Assembly (NCBI GenBank): GCA_045533905.1
Contig: JAZSIR010000023.1
Coordinates: forward strand, 1-52,723
From: Clostridia bacterium
GTDB taxonomy: Bacteria > Bacillota > Clostridia > UMGS1883 > UMGS1540
Length of the DNA: 52,723 bases
Direction: 5' to 3'
The stretch's first letter is position 1. Each line of letters opens with the position of its first letter. Below, piece by piece: positions 49,556-52,723 of this stretch. The notes beneath the pieces are model-generated. The model had not been told where the DNA came from, ran no database searches, and saw nothing but the letters and a program-made list of their open reading frames with translations. The translations under genes were made by a program, and so were the position numbers.

Positions 49556-50635
49556 TTATCTGTCCATTTTCCAGGCTTTTTTCGTTCGCAGGGGCTCGTG
49601 GAATCTGCCTTCCATACAGCCGCCCTTTTTCTCTAAAACGCTGACGCAGGCGCGGATACATCCGCCGCATTTTGCCATATTGTAGCCCACCCAGCTCGGG
49701 AAGTACTTTTCAAGCGTCGTATACACCTTCATAATTTCTTTCTCATTTGCAACGTCTGTCTTTCCTTCTAAAAGGTCAAGCATACCGCCTTCGTTTTTGT
49801 CGAAAACCTCTTTGGGAACAAAGGGGTTATAATACCGGCCGCCGTGGGTGTAGAAGGCGTAGCAGCGCCACATATCAATGTCACCCCATTCGAGCTTTTT
49901 ACCGGCTAAGTCGACCGTGATGGTCTTGCCGGATTTAAGATCGGGGATACAGCCACCGGGACATTCTCTTACGCACGCGCCGCACTTTCTGCAAAGCGGC
50001 TCGCCCGAATACATTTCGTCATATTCGAGTTCCGCATCCGTGAAAATAAATGCGACTCTCTGGAGAGGCCCGAATTCGGGCGTAAGGAGCATTTTGCTCC
50101 AGCCGATTTCACCAAGGCCGCAGGCCACCGCTGCAATTCTGAACTGAAACTGCAAATCCGGCGGCACCTTACCTTTGGCCACCTCGCGTGTAAACTGCAC
50201 GCTTCTGTGATGCGCCGTTTTGCCCTTGGCGTGTTTGGAAACCTCAATCTGTTCCTCAGGGGAAAGGGAGTTGCCGGGGCTGCCGTCCATATCGGAAACG
50301 ATGCCTCTTGCCCCTGTGTTTCTGTATACAACCGCCTCATAGCCCTCGTCCTCAATCACTCTGCCGACGTGGTGCAAAACAGCGGGTGCGAAAATTTCGT
50401 TGATACCGCCGTATGCCATAGACGGATACTGATAAAACTGTGTACCCTCCTCAATTCCGCGCTGCACACCTCTCGGAATTCGGAAAACAAAGCCGATTAC
50501 GCTTTTGGCATTCGGAAAAAGGTAACGGGGGTCCATTTCCTTCGGTGCACCCTCAAAGCGCGACATGGGTGCGATGCCGCACTTGTCTGCCCCTGCCTCC
50601 AGTGCCGCCTTTTTGATCATCTCACTCGTTAACAT
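49556..50635 (-). CDS. QueG/reductive-dehalogenase-like cobalamin-[4Fe-4S] protein (paralog 1)
   Basis: GADKCGIA, DP..LFPNAKSVI, AAVACGLGEIGWS..LLTPEFGP.QR...FTD, CRKCGACVRECP, WRC and CGGCIRAC. Confidence 0.72.
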   Translation of the reverse strand: MLTSEMIKKAALEAGADKCGIAPMSRFEGAPKEMDPRYLFPNAKSVIGFVFRIPRGVQRGIEEGTQFYQYPSMAYGGINEIFAPAVLHHVGRVIEDEGYEAVVYRNTGARGIVSDMDGSPGNSLSPEEQIEVSKHAKGKTAHHRSVQFTREVAKGKVPPDLQFQFRIAAVACGLGEIGWSKMLLTPEFGPLQRVAFIFTDAELEYDEMYSGEPLCRKCGACVRECPGGCIPDLKSGKTITVDLAGKKLEWGDIDMWRCYAFYTHGGRYYNPFVPKEVFDKNEGGMLDLLEGKTDVANEKEIMKVYTTLEKYFPSWVGYNMAKCGGCIRACVSVLEKKGGCMEGRFHEPLRTKKAWKMDR

Positions 50636-51629
50636 ACACGTCCTCCTCCAGTTTTATAATTGCCGAATCTGCATTTGTATAGAGCAGTTTGTTATCTTTC
50701 GCTTCACTTCGGATTTTGCCATTGTCCACAATATACGGATAGAGACCCGAGGCGTGGTTCGGTTCCAGAAGGGAAAGGATATTCCCGACATATTTTTTAT
50801 CTTCTATATAGGCTCGCATAACCGCAAACGGGTCTGCACTGACGCGCGTTGCCAGCTTGAGGGAAGGGAAAAGGCCTTCGTAAAGGTGCACATCCTCAGG
50901 CCGGATAAAGCTGGACACGTCAAAGAGCTTGTAGATATTTTCGTCTTTTTTGAGAAAATCGCGGCAAACGCCGGAGAAAGCGAAGCCATTATCCATTTCG
51001 GAAATTTCGCTCTCGTGCGAAACTAAATTATCGTGAAAAACGTGCGCCGAGCAGTTGTTTAGGCAGCCGCTGTTGGCAAGCGCGTAGAGCTTTTTGCCAT
51101 TTTGGTCGCACCACTCCTTGATTTCGCGGATTTTCGTAAAGTCGCGGTTCAGCTCTCTTTTTAAGTAGAAGCTGTCAAAGTAATCCATTACATATTCCAT
51201 TCCCTCACAGCTTCCGATGGACATATTTACGGAGGCGCGCACATCCACATCTTCAAAATTTTCTTTAATAAAGCGTGCGATGAGGGGAGAGGTTGTGGTG
51301 ATACCGTTTAATATGTACTGCGTTTTCACATAGTCTGTGGTGTTACCTATTTTTTCGAAAAACGCGCGCGACTGGCTGTTTTTGCCATAGCAGGTTGCAT
51401 TGAAAAGGAGGTTTACGGGGATGCCTGCTGCCGTAAGCTTTGCAAGATCTGCCCGTTGTTTTTCGCCTGCTTCAAAGGGGAGCATATCACTTCTTTTGAG
51501 CTGATTGTTCCGGCCGTTCGGAAAGTCGCCCCACGAGAAATATACTTCGGAGATAAAGTCTTTATATCTGCATATCGCATCCACCAAACTGTCGTCTCCA
51601 AAAAGTTGATAACCGACTGAAAATTTCAT
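50622..51629 (-). CDS. U32-peptidase-like TIM-barrel Fe-S protein (putative O2-independent hydroxylase family)
   Basis: NLLFNATC, RASVN, RELNRD, LANSGCLNNC...H, FIRPED..Y and LKLATR patterns resemble a divergent U32 subfamily. Confidence 0.6.
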   Translation of the reverse strand: MKFSVGYQLFGDDSLVDAICRYKDFISEVYFSWGDFPNGRNNQLKRSDMLPFEAGEKQRADLAKLTAAGIPVNLLFNATCYGKNSQSRAFFEKIGNTTDYVKTQYILNGITTTSPLIARFIKENFEDVDVRASVNMSIGSCEGMEYVMDYFDSFYLKRELNRDFTKIREIKEWCDQNGKKLYALANSGCLNNCSAHVFHDNLVSHESEISEMDNGFAFSGVCRDFLKKDENIYKLFDVSSFIRPEDVHLYEGLFPSLKLATRVSADPFAVMRAYIEDKKYVGNILSLLEPNHASGLYPYIVDNGKIRSEAKDNKLLYTNADSAIIKLEEDVYVNE

Positions 51630-51646
51630 ATTGCACCTCCTTATGC

Positions 51647-51675
51647 TTGACTATAGCACAAAGTGGTGCTATAAT
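51647..51675. promoter_or_regulatory. Overlapping divergent promoters of araC and the operon
   Basis: Plus strand TTGACT-17 bp-TATAAT with TG extension; minus strand extended -10 TGCTATAGT; together they form TATAGCAC-N6-GTGCTATA. Confidence 0.6.
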
Positions 51676-51723
51676 GTATTAAAAAATCAGCAAAAAATAT
51701 AACAAAACAAAGAAGGATGCAAA

Positions 51724-52572
51724 ATGAAAGTTTCAGATATCAACCCGCATATCCGCTACTGCAAGGCACACTTGGCACCCACAAATACAGTGCGAACCAG
51801 CGTTTGCTATGACTGCAGAATCTTCTATATGGAAACGGCTGCGGGCCATGTGCTCATCAATGGTGTGAAATATAACTTTTCAAACGGCGATATGGTGTAT
51901 CTTCCTCCCCAAACCCACTACCGCTTCACCTTCAGCCCGTGCGAAAAATTCAAGATTGCGGTACTGGACTTTGACCTTGTGAATGATTTTTCAGACAGGA
52001 AAGAATCCCTCGGCACCGCAACGGAAGAAAGCTTTTGCCCCGATATGGTACCGGACTATGCGCTTTGTGCAGAACTTTCCGAGCCGATTATCCGAAATAT
52101 GCCAAAGCTCGCCTCAGCCATTTCGGAGAGTGCGGACGGCTTTTTAAAAAAGCCTTTATTCTATCGGGAACGCGCTTCGGCGATGCTGAAGCTCTGCCTT
52201 CTGGAGCTGGTGCAGAAGAACACGATGAACAGCCCGTACTCCCAGCTTTGCGAAAGCGTGCTTTCTTATATTCACGAAAACTACGCCGATCCCACGCTAA
52301 CAAACGAAATCATTGCAAAAAAGTTCAATTATCATCCGTATCACTTAAGCCGGATTATCAGACAGGAAACCGGCAGAACCCTGCATCAGTACCTTGCATA
52401 TTACCGCGTGCACATCGCAAAAAATCTTCTGGTAACTACGGAATATGACATCGAGGAAATTGCCTGGAGAGCCGGCTTTTCCTCTGCCGCTTATTTCATT
52501 AAAACCTTCCGGACTGATACAACGATGACCCCGAAAAAATACAGAAACCTGCATTTTCATATTGAACTATGA
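51724..52572 (+). CDS. AraC family transcriptional regulator
   Basis: N-terminal cupin-like sensor domain; C-terminal double HTH (YIHENY, LSRI.RQETG, IA..AGFSSAAYF.K.FR...MTP..YR). Confidence 0.93.
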   Translation: MKVSDINPHIRYCKAHLAPTNTVRTSVCYDCRIFYMETAAGHVLINGVKYNFSNGDMVYLPPQTHYRFTFSPCEKFKIAVLDFDLVNDFSDRKESLGTATEESFCPDMVPDYALCAELSEPIIRNMPKLASAISESADGFLKKPLFYRERASAMLKLCLLELVQKNTMNSPYSQLCESVLSYIHENYADPTLTNEIIAKKFNYHPYHLSRIIRQETGRTLHQYLAYYRVHIAKNLLVTTEYDIEEIAWRAGFSSAAYFIKTFRTDTTMTPKKYRNLHFHIEL

Positions 52573-52586
52573 AAAGCACCGACTTT

Positions 52587-52723
52587 TGAACAAGTCCAGT
52601 AAAAACGGACAATAGAAAAAAAGCACCTCCTATGGTAGAATAAAAATACCATAGGAGGTTTTGTTATGTCAGGAATTAAAGGAATGAAAAAGTATCCACA
52701 AGGAATTAGAGAAAAGATTGTAT
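52587..52723 (+). mobile_element. Probable left end of an IS3/IS150-family insertion sequence (truncated by the window edge)
   Basis: TG-initiated terminal-IR-like sequence TGAACAAGTCCAGTAAAAACGGACA, an RBS-occluding 13-bp hairpin, and an ORF start resembling an OrfA HTH; the right end and catalytic domain are not in the window. Confidence 0.5.
52666..52723 (+). CDS. Partial ORF, probable IS3-family OrfA (MSGIKGMKKYPQGIREKIV...)
   Basis: ATG after AGGAGG; the KY....R..IV pattern resembles OrfA N-termini; only 19 codons visible. Confidence 0.45.
   Translation, partial: MSGIKGMKKYPQGIREKIV

Noticed and set aside
47653-50635. Calling the paralogs queG or organohalide-respiration rdhA
   Set aside because: No QueG DYH motif or que genes, no Tat signal or rdhB anchor; three copies beside AraC fit neither role.
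1-52723. CRISPR array, tRNA, rRNA, prophage, intein or group II intron
   Set aside because: I saw no regularly spaced repeats, tRNA/rRNA signatures or phage genes, and DnaE, PolC and SMC are of normal length.

Overview
Chromosomal segment (~50% GC) from a spore-forming, Clostridia-type Firmicute: it carries both dnaE and polC, an SLH protein, darA-holB-ricT, and sigA plus sporulation-sigma-like promoters. Bases 1 to ~46,000 are mostly housekeeping genes (nagZ, dnaE, pcrA, split transketolase, mrnC-cysS, smc, degV, ricT, holB, darA, ruvX, asd-dapA-dapB, efp, Clp ATPase, rsmI, ddl, argS, S41 protease, ispG, polC). This part also holds a 6S RNA and a 56-aa ferredoxin that the ORF track missed. 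The standout is an accessory six-gene operon at 46,013-51,629, transcribed divergently from an AraC gene. It encodes a U32-like Fe-S protein, three tandem QueG/reductive-dehalogenase-like paralogs (predicted cobalamin + 2x[4Fe-4S]), a GH109-like NAD-dependent Gfo/Idh/MocA enzyme and a cupin, a combination I cannot match to any characterised pathway. Other oddities are an orphan Card1/Can2-like CARF nuclease directly behind smc with no CRISPR locus in the window, a 2-hydroxyacid dehydrogenase with degenerate catalytic motifs, RBS-occluding hairpins with promoters in their loops, and the probable left end of an IS3-family element at the window edge. All family calls come from motif recognition by eye; no searches were run.
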